A DNA stretch of 64,000 nt from Octopus vulgaris (Eukaryota). The stretch spans positions 119,722,001-119,786,000 of the forward strand of contig OX597817.1 of assembly GCA_951406725.2 (NCBI GenBank), in the 5' to 3' direction. Shown here piece after piece: positions 13,829 to 27,969 of the stretch; within the stretch, counting starts at the first letter, position 1, and every line of letters begins with the position of its first letter. A program made the position numbers and the translations under genes. The notes beneath the pieces are model-generated. The model did not search any database, was not told the origin of the DNA, and saw only the letters and a program-made list of their open reading frames with translations.

Positions 13829-14836
13829 TATAAGGGGAAGTTAAAAATTGTCTGCACTTTCACCAAAATTTTCTTTAGGTTGGTCACTTTGCCTTCAGTA
13901 TGCACATGCTGAAAGGTGGTACTCTTATGATTAGGTAATCAAGGTTTAACCTTGATCATTGCAGCTTTTACTCTTGTATTACAAAGTAAACATGGCCACT
14001 CCACTATCAGTGTGCATCAAAGCAGAACAGAGATCAGTGACCCCATTTCTCTTTCCTGAAGGTGTGTCTGGGGCTGAAATTCCTCACAGGCTCTCAGTTC
14101 ATTATGGAGATAGCACTCTACCACTTAGAAGTGTGTATGAGTGGATCAAGGAGTTTTAAAATGGTCAGACAAGCATGAAGTACAAGGAGAGAGTAGCACA
14201 TCCATCAACCTCCACCACTGGCATGAAGAGTCGACAAGCTCAAAAAATGATTCTGGTGAACTGACAAGTGGCCATTGATAAGGTAGCATGTTCTCTGCAA
14301 ATTAGTCATGGTCCTGCATATAAAATCACTCATGACAAGCTTGCTTTCATAAAATCTGTGAGATATGAATGCCAAAAGAGCTTACCAAAGCAGATAAGTA
14401 TAATGTGCAATTGTGTGGAGATCTGTTAACACTTATGCAATAGCTACAACAATGCAGGTGAAGCATTTTTGAAAAGACTAGTCACAAATGAGATCTGGGT
14501 TCATCACTTAGATCCAGATTCCAAAAGACAGTGTATGGAGTAGAAACACTTGTATACAGTTCAGATCTTGATCTTCTGATTATCACTTCTTTGGACCATG
14601 CAAACAACCTTTATGAGGTCATCAATTTTCTACAGACAAAGAAGTGTAGAAAGTAGTGCATAAATGGCTCAACCAGCCAAAAATCTTCTTTTCTGATGGA
14701 ATAAACAAGCTTGTGGACTACTTGTATTGAAAAGCAAGGATACTATATTGAAAAATGAGGAAATTTATCAACCTCTGTTTTTGTTCTAATAAATTACAAA
14801 AACAAGTGCTTATGCAGTTTTTGACTTACCCCCATA
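13829..14836 (+). mobile_element. Internally deleted, decayed mariner transposon
   Basis: Translates MATPLSVCIKAEQRSV..GDSTLPLRSVYEWIKEF, MPKELT (WVPxxL-like), LVT..EIWVHHLDPDSKRQCME and YSSDL..SDYHFFGP (YSPDLAPSD-like), with stops and frameshifts. Imperfect TIRs: TATAAGGGGAAGTTAAAAATTG / CAGTTTTTGACTTACCCCCATA. Confidence 0.9.
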
Positions 14837-16714
14837 TTTTCCACCCAAGGGAAATAAACAATAAAACTTTACAAGAGTTGAAATTTTCTAAATGGTAATC
14901 TTATTATTGAAAATTTTCATGACAAGCTTATGTTAAACAAATGTGTGGGTCCTTTTTTTTTTTAGCATCAACAGAACAAAAGCTGATATAAAAATGAAGT
15001 GTAAAAATATATATGATTAAAAGATAGTTCTTATGTAATAGAGTATTTTCTTTAGTTTATTTCAAATGCTATTAATCTTAAATTCCAGCTAATGGATTTA
15101 AAAAAATAAAGCAAAAGAAACAGAAAAAAAGAAGAATAGTGTGATGTATCATTTTGATATTTTTGTAATTATTTTGTTTGTGTAATGACAACTGAAAACT
15201 TTTCAATAAATGTTACTTGAAATGGAATGAAAATTATTAGTCTACACACTTAAAAACTTACAAGCAGCAAGCCATGAGATTAATTGCAAATTTTGAATAG
15301 AAGAGGAAACAATGAATATTAGCTATTTCATTGTGAAAGCATTTATATATAAAGGTGAAAGGATTGCTAGGTGTTCGTCATCATACCCTCATTAAGCTAC
15401 ATTAGGCCCAGTAAAATCATTTAGATCAAAACAATTTTCATTTCAAACAAAAGTAGTTTTAAACCTTCATTCACTAAAATGATAGTGGGGTTAAAATGTC
15501 TTATCAGTCAAAATCATTGCAACAGTCTCTGTTATTTTTCTGTAAAAGTTGCGCAAAACGATAAAAGTCTAATGACTGAATCTGTCATATCAATATAAAA
15601 ATACATTCTACCATAGTTTGTTATTGCTATCTGAATAAATTAATCAGTGTGCACCAAAGCAGAACAACACATTGCACTTTCTGAGAAACATAAATGAACT
15701 TACTTACAAGAATATATCTAATTTCACTCAACTGAAAACTCCACAATGTGGTATAGTTGGGTATATTAAACCAATTACATTATTTAATACTCCAAATCTT
15801 AAATGGGAAAATTAATGATAACATGTTCCTGAAAATTACATAATAATATCTACCCCTTCATAAAGGCTCAAAGTTCTAAAAGATCCAGATTTCTCTATAT
15901 TCCAGAGGTGTCAATGATGACACATTTTCTTAATACAGATGGATATCTAATTGATTTTAATTAAAAATATTTTTTCTTGGATGTAGTAAAGTCTACAGGA
16001 ATTAAAACCTAGACAGAAATAAGAATAAATGTAACTGTTAATTTTGAGTAGGATACTCCAGTATTGACAGATTTATAATAGGAATAACTTAGTTCACCCA
16101 GAAATAAATCAGATGCTAGAATTAATTTCCTATCAGCATTGAATAAAATCAATTCTAAAATAGAATGTAATAAATGTGGAAGACATTAATACTAATTTTA
16201 TGGCAATGCTTCAGCTGCATACAAATGCCAAATATCAAGGGAAATATGCAAGCTATAGTAGAATTAGTGACACAGCAGACTCTTCCTTCAATATTAAATG
16301 ATTTAGAATCATAACTTCTCACAATGAAGAAAAGAAGGAAGTTAGAATAAAACTGCCAGGTCTCTAGTTCCATACAGTGAATAAAAACAAATAGCAGGTT
16401 ATATAAAGGTACTAAAGGTGACAACAAATGTAGTTGAAAGCATTGTACAATGCATAAGTATATTTTATTGTAACAGTGAATTCAACCCTTTTAAAGCACT
16501 AGGGTTTTTAAATGTAACACCAATTGATGAGACATAATGGCTTCATGATTCAGTGACTTAAGCCTCTTTAATTTACACTAACCTAAATTCAAAATGATAA
16601 TTCTTATTAATAGCACTCTAGAGAATTAATTATTCTTGGCACCAATACCAACTACAGCATATAAATTACTCTATAATTTCACAAGATTATTCAGAATGCA
16701 AAAAAAATGTTACA

Positions 16715-16950
16715 TCTTCAGCTCTGGAACTCACAAACATATCTCTTCAATCTGCATCTTGAGCAAACACAATAGCCTCTACTCCACCAAAGCAGTCAGT
16801 TGCAAATAGCTTCCACCCAAGTTCACCAGATGCACCCGTCTCATATCATAATTACTGCAGTGTCTCACTCCACCAGAATCTTTTACTAAACACTATACCC
16901 ACTAATTCTAGCACAGAACTCCAACCATCTAGAATTCCTTCTCTGCCTTT
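16715..16950 (+). mobile_element. Highly decayed 3' end of a jockey/CR1-group LINE
   Basis: Translates FTRCTRLIS and TKHYTH*F*HRTPTI*NSF, resembling the C-terminal 'SFFPRTxxLWNSLP' motif. Confidence 0.4.
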
Positions 16951-18472
16951 ACTTTTACAACAAATATTGATTTAGGAGCTCAACCAGAAAATCTGTTGCA
17001 TCAATCTCAACAAACGGAAAGGAATGGGAAGGGCCCAGATACACAGCAGTTCCTCAGAATAATTAGTAAAAAAGAAAAAAAAAAGTGCTTACTATCTAAA
17101 ACAGAATGTCTACACATTCTTTCTACTAATTTTAATTTATGCAAAATTTATAAAACACTTTACATTGCAAAAACACACAATGTATCAGTTATTAAATTTC
17201 CATTTGAAATGATTCTCATTACATAAACTAGTTTTATATTAGTTTAGTATGCTATATTCCTCATAATCAGTTATTTAAACTACATTGATTTTTATGTTCC
17301 AAGCATGTCAGCTTAAGAATTTCTATTCTTCAGCTGCAAAATATTGTGCATTAAATTTAGATATTTGTTATAAATATTGCCATGCAAAAACTACAGCATG
17401 AAAAAAAAAATGCAAGAGAGGGAGGGAGAGAGAAAAGAATATTAATTATCTTTCTTAGTATATTTTGCTTCATAAATTCTGAGATGAAAATAATGTGATA
17501 GAAAACTCAGGATGATTTTCGTTTAATCAATGGAAATCATAATTTTACTATAATTGTTACTATGACCTAGATTTGAAATAAATATCTGAATAAATGTAAT
17601 TTGAAATCATTGACTGAAAATTTGCTATATATTCTACTAGCATGTGATTAAATGTCTTAGTGCATAAGAAATATTAAAACATCTACATTAACAGTCTCTA
17701 TAGGTTAAAAAAAAAATGACTGTATGCAAAGTCTGTATGTAATGTTTACAGTGTGATTTAAAAAATAATTCATACACACATAGGTACACATATATTTGAT
17801 GACCCCAGCCAGTTGACAACAGACATACTAAGCAACATGATAATTACTGCAGCAGCTTTCATACAGCATTACACCATGTGTGTGAGGGGGTGCATGTGTG
17901 TGTGTGTGTAAGCAGTACTCAGATTCATCAGAATTGCATAAATTGTTAGGTCCTACTACTATTATTAAGCATCTCTCCCCTTGTTGAAATATATCTGGAA
18001 GATAATTACAACCACATCCTAACAATTATCTCATCTCTTTTGAACTAGAAGTAACTTCAGCACCACAACACTTATCATGCAGTACAATGTTCAGGCTGGC
18101 CTACAAATGATTACTGCTCTCACATTTGGACAGTGCAGCTAGTCTGTATATATGCATGTGACTATCATTCATCACCTGAAATGTTTGTAAACAGAAAATG
18201 TTTTACCCACAAGAAATTCAAGGCACAATGAATCTGAGCAGGGATGTGCATTGAACATAGGCTAGACAACAACTGACGCTTTCCAGTTAATAATCTCAGC
18301 TTGTCACCAATCAGTGTTACTGGCAGGCATGTTTATTACTTAAGACACCATTCATCGCCCGAGACGTTTTATGTTTGAAAATTTGTTTGTAAGTTGTTCT
18401 TGATGAGAGGTATTCATAAACAAAGATTCCAATGCGTGTGTGTACATATATATGCTCACACACAAACACAGA

Positions 18473-18881
18473 TACTCTTTTACACTTTTACTCTGTTACT
18501 TGTATCAGTCATTTGACTGTGGCCAAGCTGGAGCACCGCCTTTAGTTGAGCAAATCGACCCTAGGACTTATTCTTTGTAAGCCTAGTACTTATTCTATCG
18601 GTTACTTTTGCCAAACCGCTAGGTTACGGGGACATAAACACACCAGCATCAGTTGTCAAGCGATGTTGGGGGGACAAACACAGACACATAAACATACACG
18701 CACACACATACATATATACTACGGACTTCTTTCGGTTTCCGTCTACCAAATCCACTCACAAGGCTTTGGTCAGCCCGAGGCTATAGTAGAAGACACTTGC
18801 CCAAGGTGCCACGCAGTGGGACTGAACCCGGAACCATGTGGCTCGTAAGCAAGCTACTTACCACACAGCCACTCCTACGTC
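18473..18881 (-). mobile_element. Full-length family-A tRNA-derived SINE with internal (TA)/(TG) tract
   Basis: Head has A-box-like TGGCTGTGTGG and B-box-like GGTTCAGTCCC. Body has CCTTGGGCAAGTGTCTT. Tail is GGCGGTGCTCCAGC..CAGTCAAATGACTGA plus an (AAAAGAGT)n-like end. Matches copies at 33918, 36006 and 58477. Confidence 0.9.
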
Positions 18882-19729
18882 TATATATACTTTTATATAT
18901 ATATATATATATATATGAGTATGTCTTCATCATTCCAAATATGCTTATCACCAGTGATATCTCAGTTCTCTCTAACATTCTTCCTGATGTTCCACAATAT
19001 GAGAATCAGAAGCATGAAGTGCTTGGGGCTATGGGACAGAGTGTGAGAGGGAACCAATACATCACTGGTGGGAAACATTTGGAATGGTGAAAGCATACTC
19101 ACCACAGATATGGAACACAAGAAAGTAATGTGAAAGTGGACCATTACAAGTTCACAGTTTTCTAAAGTGCATTGTGATATATTCATTTGAGAGTCTATTG
19201 GAATATTGTGTAGATTATTCTATTGGATTAACCGAGATAGAAAATGTGACATGGTCACAGACCTGACTTCACTGTACACTTAAGCAATACTAGACATTTT
19301 AAATTATCCATTTATATCATCCCTATTCAATTCTTAAGTTAACCATGATGATAGAATACTTATAGGGAATCATTTTAGTTAAAGCACTATTCCTGTGAGC
19401 TGGACAAACTTTGTCCCATCATGTTGCCAATAGTCACTATAATGTACATGTGCATGTGTGTGTGTTTATACACACACACACTTTAATTCTCACTTTCTGA
19501 GCAACTGTGTATGATAATGTAAACACAGATACACACACGCAAGTACTTATGAACATGTACACACAACCACACACATACAGCATACTTTATGCAGTTTCCA
19601 TTAAACAAATTTACTCACAAAGCACTGGTTGATGCAGGGCTAGAGTAGAAGACATGTGAGATGCCATGCAATATGTACACATATATCTAGTGATCTCTTT
19701 CCCACACATAAATGTGATGAATATATATA

Positions 19730-19816
19730 TCATCATCATCATCATCATCATTTAGCGTCCGTTTTCCATGCTAGCATGGGTTGGACGGTTCAACTGGGGT
19801 CTGGGGAGCCCGAAGG

Positions 19817-19818
<2 letters not shown>
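19730..19818 (-). mobile_element. Very short RTE-type 3'-tail retrocopy ending in (GAT)n
   Basis: (cat)n-ttagcgtccgttttccatgctagcatgggttggacgg, the same tail as 20029, 30001, 43258 and 57166. Confidence 0.8.
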
Positions 19819-19851
<33 letters not shown>

Positions 19852-19853
19852 TG

Positions 19854-19912
19854 GATAACTGAAGAGATGGCAGCATGGATTTCCACCTCAGCATTCGAAA
19901 CTCAATTTTATC
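19854..19912 (+). ncRNA. Degenerate type I hammerhead-like motif in a (TA)n-flanked short element (~19849-20017)
   Basis: GATAA-CTGAAGA-gatg...cattc-GAAA-ctcaat-t-TTATC. 5-bp stem I and both core boxes are present; stems II and III are eroded. Confidence 0.45.
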
Positions 19913-20028
19913 ACAGCTACCAAATAATTATCATATATTACATTTACAGATAAATTCCTCTATTTACATAATATCGAGGTCTCTTTTTTTCTTTTGAAGT
20001 CTTACCATTTTTAGCAATATATATATAT

Positions 20029-20216
20029 CATCATCATCATCATTTAACGTCCGCTTTCCATGCTAGCATGGGTTGGACGGTTCAACTGGGGTCTGGGAAG
20101 CCAGAAGGCTGCTTCAGGCCCAGTCTGATCTGGCAGTGTTTCTACGGCTGGATGCCCTTCCTAACGCCAACCACTCCATGAGTGTAGTGGGTGCTTTTTA
20201 CGTGCCACCCGCACAG
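20029..20216 (-). mobile_element. RTE-type LINE 3' UTR retrocopy
   Basis: (CAT)n tail plus the ggatgcccttcctaacgccaaccactc block shared with longer copies that reach the RTE ORF end. Confidence 0.85.
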
Positions 20217-20280
20217 TATATATATATACAGAGAGAGAGAGAGAAAGACATTCATACATAGACAAGCACACACAGACATG

Positions 20281-20324
<44 letters not shown>

Positions 20325-21162
20325 CACTCATACATATGCATTTAGACATACATACATGTGTGTGTGTGTGTGTAAGTATGCACACACATATTTATATAGA
20401 TTTTTGTACACAGACACCCACTAAAACACATATGCAAACATAACATCTGCCTTCTACAATAGCCCCATTAAAAAAATATGCTGTGTACTCTCATAATATT
20501 CCAAGTTACTGAAACATGGATTTCTTGATAACAAAGTTTTATAGATGAACAACAGTTTCATAGATCATTAATCAAAATATCTTTGGTTATTTATCAATTA
20601 CCTCATGGGAAAATGTTCTCCATTTCCAATGAAATTCTATGAAGAATATCATAATTAATGTTTCTGCAGCCAAAGTGGAAATAGTACTTTAAGGCTAAGA
20701 TCAAATTTCCCTGCTGAATAATACTGGCATGCAATTTTTCCTTCTACTGCTTGCTAACTGTCAAAGTATTTGTGTATTAGTATTATTTCAGTTTATATTC
20801 AAACATCTGAGGATCTGTTGTTCCATTATTACAGTAAGAATTACATCAAACTCTTCAGCATGTGCAGCTTGAAACAGTAGCTTTATTTGAATTATTTGAA
20901 GTTATGAGCAATATACCAAAATTAACACACACACACGCGTTTGTGTATGTATGCATATATGTATACAGGTATGTATATTATTGTCATGCTTCCACTAAAC
21001 CTTTCCTTAACAGAATATTTACTGAAATATTCTGCTAGGGGAGATATTATATACATGTATATATACATATATTATATATATATATACACACACATATATG
21101 CATATATACTATATATACATACATATATACACGCACACACACACACACACACACATATATGT

Positions 21163-21406
21163 GGAGGCGCATGGCTTAGTGGTTAGGGTGTCAGCACTAT
21201 GATCATAAGATTGTGGTTTCGATTCCTGGATCAGGCGACGCATTGTGTTCTTGAGCAAAACACTTCATTTCACGTTGCTCCAGTCCACTCAGCTAGCAAA
21301 AATGAGTAATGCTGCGATGGACTGGCGTCCCGTCCAGCTGGGGAACATATACGCCATAGAAACCGGGAAACCAGGCCCATGAGCCTGGCTAGGCTTTAAA
21401 AGGGTC

Positions 21407-21410
<4 letters not shown>
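21163..21410 (+). mobile_element. Young tRNA-derived SINE (head C + tail V)
   Basis: TGGCTTAGTGG A box, GTTTCGATTCC B box, CORE-like GTTCTTGAGCAAAACACTT, tail CTGCGATGGACTGGCGTCCCGTCCAG. CpGs are retained. Confidence 0.9.
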
Positions 21411-21447
<37 letters not shown>

Positions 21448-22084
21448 TATATACATATAAATATGTGTGTGTGTAAACATGTTTTGGATACACATATGCA
21501 CACTCACTTTCCCCTTGTTCTACATTATACAACTGAAATAAAATATTTTCCACATCTTTTTTTACTAAATCAGTAGACCTTAACATTTGGCATGCAATAT
21601 TCTTTTACTTTTGTATATTCTCATATAGCCGTTGCCATCTTTTCCCATGTCTCATTCTCACAATCCTAGTTACAGTCCTGTCTTTACTGAACCTTTCCCA
21701 AGCAGAATATTTCTTTAAATCAATTGGATTGCTAAAGCTAGGTTCCCTACTGCAAAAGTGCCCAAATCATAAACTTCAGTCAGCAACTGATTAAAAGATA
21801 CTCATATCCTTGTTTGTGTTTTTCCATATCCTATTCATTTGATTTATTCTGTAGTTAATCTCTCTCTTTCTCTCACTTTTACAATAAACACCTTGAAGAT
21901 ATTCAGATAATATTGTATTACCATGAGAGACAGGAATGAGATGGAAAACATGATCTCAAAGTAGCTGGTGTTTCTTATACCTTGTTTTTTTTTTTAAAAT
22001 ATCACTCACATGACTTAGGCTAAGTGTTTTTCTATCATTTGTTTGTGTGTTTGTTTCTGTATGTAAATGTGTGTAAATTTGAAA

Positions 22085-22270
22085 ACAACCTGCCTGAAAC
22101 CATCCCTCGTTCTATGATACAATCCTCTGGTTTTAAAGTTATCTAAATAAAATCTTCCACCAAAATTTCAGGATAATTTGTTCCAAACGCCAGTGTCAAA
22201 TAATGACAGTTGAGTTAATTTTTCAAAGTTGGTATATTTCATCCGAAATATGGTAAAAAAAAAAGGGTTA
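22085..22270. mobile_element. Possible piggyBac-like MITE remnant ending AAAGGGTTAA; similar end at ~26578-26752
   Basis: A GGG-TTAA terminus is typical of piggyBac-type ends. The partner terminus is not clearly seen. Confidence 0.3.
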
Positions 22271-23809
22271 AGTATATGTATAGATAATAGGCAAGGAGTA
22301 ACACATGAGTTAAATATTTTCTTTTCAAGGATATAATGAAAATGAAACTCATTTTCATAGCTTAACACCAACTATGTCCATAAAAATTAATTTAATTACA
22401 TTATAATTATTCTTAATTCATAGAAAATATATCAGAAACAAATCATAAATGGGAAACAAAAGTCTTTCAGAACTGAAGAATAATAGAGACCACACACTCA
22501 TACACTAAAACTAGTTTTGATATATTTCATAAAGAAATATTAAAGATTCCACATAAGAAATGAACTCATAACAATGACCAACAAGCCTTTGTAAGATATT
22601 CTGCTTTCTGAAGCTCGTCTATCCCTTGATTAGTTATTGCTTTTAATCTAATTTGTACTGCCTAACAACTGACATTAAATTAATCTTTAAACAACCCTCA
22701 GAAACCTGTTTTTCTACAATATAATATTTGACGCTTTTAATTGAAGAAAAGACAGCATTTTATTTGAACACAAGCTATGTGGTAATCATTTCACACCTAC
22801 TTGTGTACATTTCTCGTGAGCAAAAAAGACTGTGATTGATTGCAACTGACAAATCAGCACTAAGTACTGAAAGCTGGCAGAGAAAACCACAAGTGTATGT
22901 TATTGTCAAAGGATATAATACCACTGTTAATTTTATAATCTGACTGATGATTGAAATGTAGCTCTTTTAATACAGATTGTAGTATGACCATCATTTGTCA
23001 ACCATTAGACGTGATCTTCTTAGCTATTTAAATGTCAACAATTTAAAGCACTGGGAAGACTAAAAGAAAAAAATGCTCACATATACTTGAGTAATTATGT
23101 TCTTAATAGCATAATGTAATACAAAATAGGAAGAGAATGGAGAGTAAGCTTTTTGTTGTACTAATTGTTTATAGGAGTGTAAAAAATCATTAACAAATTA
23201 ATCTTTGCGTTCATAAAAAGAGAAAGAAAAGGAGCAGAAGAAAACTCAAAGCTTCTTACATAAGCTAATGGCGGAAGCTATATTAGTTGTTGTTTATATA
23301 CCTGATTCATAGGTGTTCTAAAAAAAGACCATTAGAAAACATTCACAAAGAAGAAAAACAAGCTTTGTGTTACATTGTAAAGAAATAAAAATACTTTGTT
23401 GTTAATACCTTTTCCTGTTTTCTGAAGTTTACCTATTTTTTGAGGATAACATCTTGAATGTATGAAAGGGAACTTAGTTTTATACCATGGAAATTTGAGC
23501 TCAAATCCTACCATAGTTAACTAGATCCCTTTAGCATCGATAGAAATAGGTACCATCCATCCTTAGTGAATTCAATCAATTCTATCCTCACCCCTACAAA
23601 ACTGACACTGAGACTAGTCAACTGACTATTTAAAATAAAGGTATATTTTTTAAAAAATGGCATTAAATATTTCAGAGTTGTATTGTTGGCAGGTGATATT
23701 TTCTGAGACTGTTTGTTGAAACTGCAACAATTACATCATGGAAAAGGCATATCAGTCATTTAAGAAGATAAACAAAGTGATTCAATTCACTTTATGTTTA
23801 TTTCTTCAC

Positions 23810-24330
23810 CCACTTCACTCTCAGAGTGGTTGATGTTAGGAAGGACATCTGCCTATAGAAACCTTTCTGAATCAGATTGGAACTGGTTGCAGCCCCCCCC
23901 CTCCTGGCATATCAGTTTTCACTCAAACAATCCAACCCATGCCAGCATGGAAGGCAGACGTTAAACGATGATGATACTGATGATGATGATGAGCCCTATC
24001 TACTCTAAATATTTTACCTTTTATTTTTTACTTCTTTCAGATAGTAGACAAACAGTCAACCTCGAGCGCCACCTTCAAGAGTTCATTCAAACAGATCCAC
24101 CCCAGTGCTTAAGGCTGGTGCTTATTCTATGAGTCTCCTTTGCTCAACTGTTACAGGGATGTAAACAAACCAACATCATTTGTCAAGCAAACACAACACA
24201 AGCTCAACACACACACACACAGGCTTTCTCACAGCGTCTGTCTTACGAATTCACTCACAAGGCATTGATCAGACACTGTAGAAGACACTTGTCCAAGCTG
24301 CCACACTGTGGGACTGAATCTGAAACCCAC
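23810..24330. mobile_element. RTE-tail copy (+, ~23810-23992) followed by a decayed family-A SINE (-, ~24030-24330)
   Basis: gagtggttgatgttaggaagg..ccaacccatgccagcatggaa..(gat)n, then tcactcacaaggc..gtagaagacacttgtccaag..tgggactgaa. Confidence 0.7.
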
Positions 24331-26293
24331 ATGATTGCACTTATAAACATCTGAGAAGTTAGTGACTAGGATACAAAAGTGTAAAAACATGTTTTTCACG
24401 GTTTAGAGCAAACAGTAAGAAGAGAAACAAAAATGGAATATAACAGCTTTTGTGCATTGTTAATTGGTCAAACTAAAATGACACTTCTATGATACAAGTG
24501 GAAGGAAAATATTTTCTTTTAACAGATTAAAAATATCACTTTGTTTTAGAGAATGAAAATAAAAAATTGAAGTAGAAGCAAATCAAAAAGCATTGAATTA
24601 CTAGCCATTCTCTGTAATTCTACAGATTTCAAAGCAACAATAAATGATCTATCCAAAGAAAGATACTTAAATCTCAATGGTCAAGTCAATGCAACTAATT
24701 AATTATCACAAGGTGTGTAGATAATAATTACAAGTAGCAGGCTACACTAAAATTGACAAGAATTTCATTTGTAAGGAGCTGAATACAATTCTCGCCAATA
24801 AGTACATCTTGGAGAAGCAAGTACAGATTTGCTCTTGATAAATTGCTTAAAGACAAAGTCTGTAATAATGACTCTAAAATCTAATATCTAACTTTAAGAA
24901 CTGATTAGAATTAAGGTCATAACTATATCAATGTTCAAACCATTTTCACCCTTTAGATGAAATTATATTCAAGCATGTTGATTGCTAATGTCACTGGGGA
25001 AAGTATGGCCTTCACAACAGCAGTGAAACTTTAAAAAGTACACTAATTATAGGGTAAGGCTAGGACTTAGAGCAGTGAACTACACCTATACATGATAAAT
25101 AGCAAGAGTTATTTGGTCATTTGCATAGCGGTGAGCTAGAAATGAGATATTCAGTCATGCACGACTCAACAAACATTTTATGCACCCTTTACCGTAATTG
25201 CACAAAATATATGATTCTATAAATCCTAATAATGCTTTAGAATTGGAAATTGGAAGCAATTTACTTTTTGTTTTAATTTCAGATGGTAGAATCCACTCCA
25301 AAATGAAAGGGAAAGAATAAACTTCAGCTGCATATTATTATTCAGTTATTGGGGTAGAGAAAGATTTTAGAAAATACATAACAAAATATATAACAAGAAT
25401 TATATCTGGTAAAAAAAAATGTTACAAATTGTGCCAGAAATCATGTTGCTAACTGAAGATATCAATGCAATCATAGCATAAAAATAAATAAGTTTCCTAA
25501 GTAATTTTATGTCAGCATTTTTTCTCACCATCAATACACACCAATACAATATTATATAAATTATTTCTCTATGTGTGTTTGATAAATGTATGATCATACA
25601 CACAAGCACACAGACTGAGCCAATGAATTGAGAGGGATGAGTGAGCTATTTTCTTTTCAAAAGAACTGCCAGATTCCCAATGAATTCACTCAATTCAAGT
25701 CAAATAGAAAAGAGCACTTATAATAATGAAGTTATAGATTACAACTAAAAGCTATTATCAATAGCCTAACTTTTACTAAGTCATTGTTATTTTCTTAATG
25801 AAATGTGAACTAATGCAACATTACTCTCAAAATGATATGAAAAAACATCAAATGTATAGAAGGAAACTTGATATAAATACAATACAGACTTGCTGATAAG
25901 AAGCACTCAAATAAATTAATTAGATGAAACAAATGAAATATTTGGATATTAATGTTTTTCTTTTCAAATGATGATATTTTGGGCTAACTATTTTTTTTAA
26001 TCTAACTTCATTTTTATAGAATATGTTTTAAAAATATTTGCTTTGCTTTTAACAAGAGAGAGTTATCAAGAGAGTATCAAGATTATAAATCTTTCAATTT
26101 ATCTAAATATTTCAACCTTATCATACCATGTATGCATGTTTATGAATATATAGGTAATTAAACCATCCAATCCACTACACCATAGTTTTACATAGATATT
26201 TCTGCTAATTGGTAATGACCCTACATGGAAAAATTAGTGAATCAGCAATTTTTTCATGTTTAATTACATTTTTGTATATCAAAGTCTTCAACT

Positions 26294-26575
26294 GGCGTAG
26301 AAGTGGCTGTGTGGTAAGTAGCTTGCTTATGAACCACATGGTTCCGGGTTCAGTCCCACTGTGTGGCACCTTGGGCAAGTGTCTTCTATTATAGCCTCGG
26401 GCTGACCAAAGCCATGTGAATGGATTTGGTAGACAAAAACTGAAAGAAGCCCATCGTATATATGTGTGTGCGTGTGTGTTTGTGTTTATCCCCCCAACAT
26501 CGATTGTCAACCGATGCTGGTGTGTTTACGTCCTTGTAACTTAGCGGTTTGGCAAAAGTGACCGATAGAATAAGT
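26294..26575 (+). mobile_element. Family-A SINE lacking its 3' tail
   Basis: High similarity to 33918-34336 up to gatagaataagt. Confidence 0.88.
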
Positions 26576-27093
26576 CAGCTTTGTGTTAAAACTGTCCAGA
26601 TCCAACCTCTCACACTTAACGTACAATGCCATTCTAAAAATAAAAAAAACACATCATTGAAATCTTGAAACTACATTAAGAATAATGTTAATAGGTATTA
26701 CAATTGACAGAATAACCTGTCATTCAGAATAATCTGAATGCTAAAGGCTAAGTTAGTATTATTGTCTGTGCCATCAATTAGATATGAATATTTTACTTAG
26801 TTCAGAATACCTGTGAGTGTATTGTAAGATATAGAATATAATTGTTAAAAAAAAAAAAAAGAGGTAAAATACTTAGACTTATCTCTAAAGGTTATTGCTC
26901 TGATAAAAATCAACAATATTATTTTGGAGAAATTTTTCATCTTCTGTTGCAAAGTTTGGTAGAAATATCGAATGATAAAATTGCATATATCTGTATAAGT
27001 TTATATAGGCTTTTAGACAGCTTGTATGATTCTAAATGAACTGTACCTGAATAAGATTCTACTTGGCTGAATTCATGATATTTTATCACCAAG

Positions 27094-27097
<4 letters not shown>

Positions 27098-27144
<47 letters not shown>

Positions 27145-27158
27145 ACACACACTCACAC
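27098..27158. repeat. (CT)n/(CA)n microsatellite
   Basis: Direct inspection. Confidence 0.95.
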
Positions 27159-27645
27159 ACGAACACCCACTATCTCTAAATATCATAATCCAAGTATATA
27201 CTTTGAGAAAGACTAAGAGTCTATATATCAACTTAGATACCATTATAAACATATACATATATATATATAATAAATAAAGTATATGTATATATATATACAT
27301 GTATATATAGGTACAGGACATCACCAACAGTGCAAATAACATGAAATACATGAACAAACGAGGAGGAAATGAGTGAAATACATAAACAATGAGAAAAAAA
27401 AATGGAAAACAGGACAAATTACGACAGAAAGGACCCTTCATCAGTTGCTGGCTGTCTATCTACTACACTCATTTTTCCTTCATTTGATCTTTGAGTAGTG
27501 AGATGATTTAGCATCTATTTCTAAAATTTCCGTTGGCCTGTTGCGCCGAATTCAACACATACATTTGTGACTTCTTTGAGTGGTGAGACAACTTATTTCT
27601 CAGCATATAGGCTAGAAAATTTCTTTCTAAGCCCTTATTATAATT

Positions 27646-27679
<34 letters not shown>

Positions 27680-27969
27680 GTATAGATATATATATATATA
27701 TGTATAGATTCAAATGAATATGGTACTTAATTTAGATGCACCAGAATTTTGTATGGTGTTATCCATAAAAATCCATGGGGTGATTATAATCAAAATAAGC
27801 AATAAGCAACCAGAGTCATTCTTGTTGCTTATTTTGAGTATATATATATATATATACATATACATACATACATATATTTTCTAACTACAATTAAACTATG
27901 ACCTTTTAATGCCAATGATCAACTTCTAATTGTTAATTGTTGCTCCATTTCTTTTCTTATCTATATATA

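Noticed and set aside
19102-19280. Possible minus-strand exon or Tc1-like 'DLT' remnant
   Set aside because: Only a splice-like pattern and a weak motif, with no recognisable protein.
21163-21235. tRNA gene
   Set aside because: The A/B boxes belong to a SINE head that continues into SINE body, with no complete cloverleaf. The other SINE heads are the same.
27400-27465. Minus-strand CTGATGAAGGG as a hammerhead
   Set aside because: There is no matching stem II or GAAA box nearby. It may be a truncated Penelope-like end.
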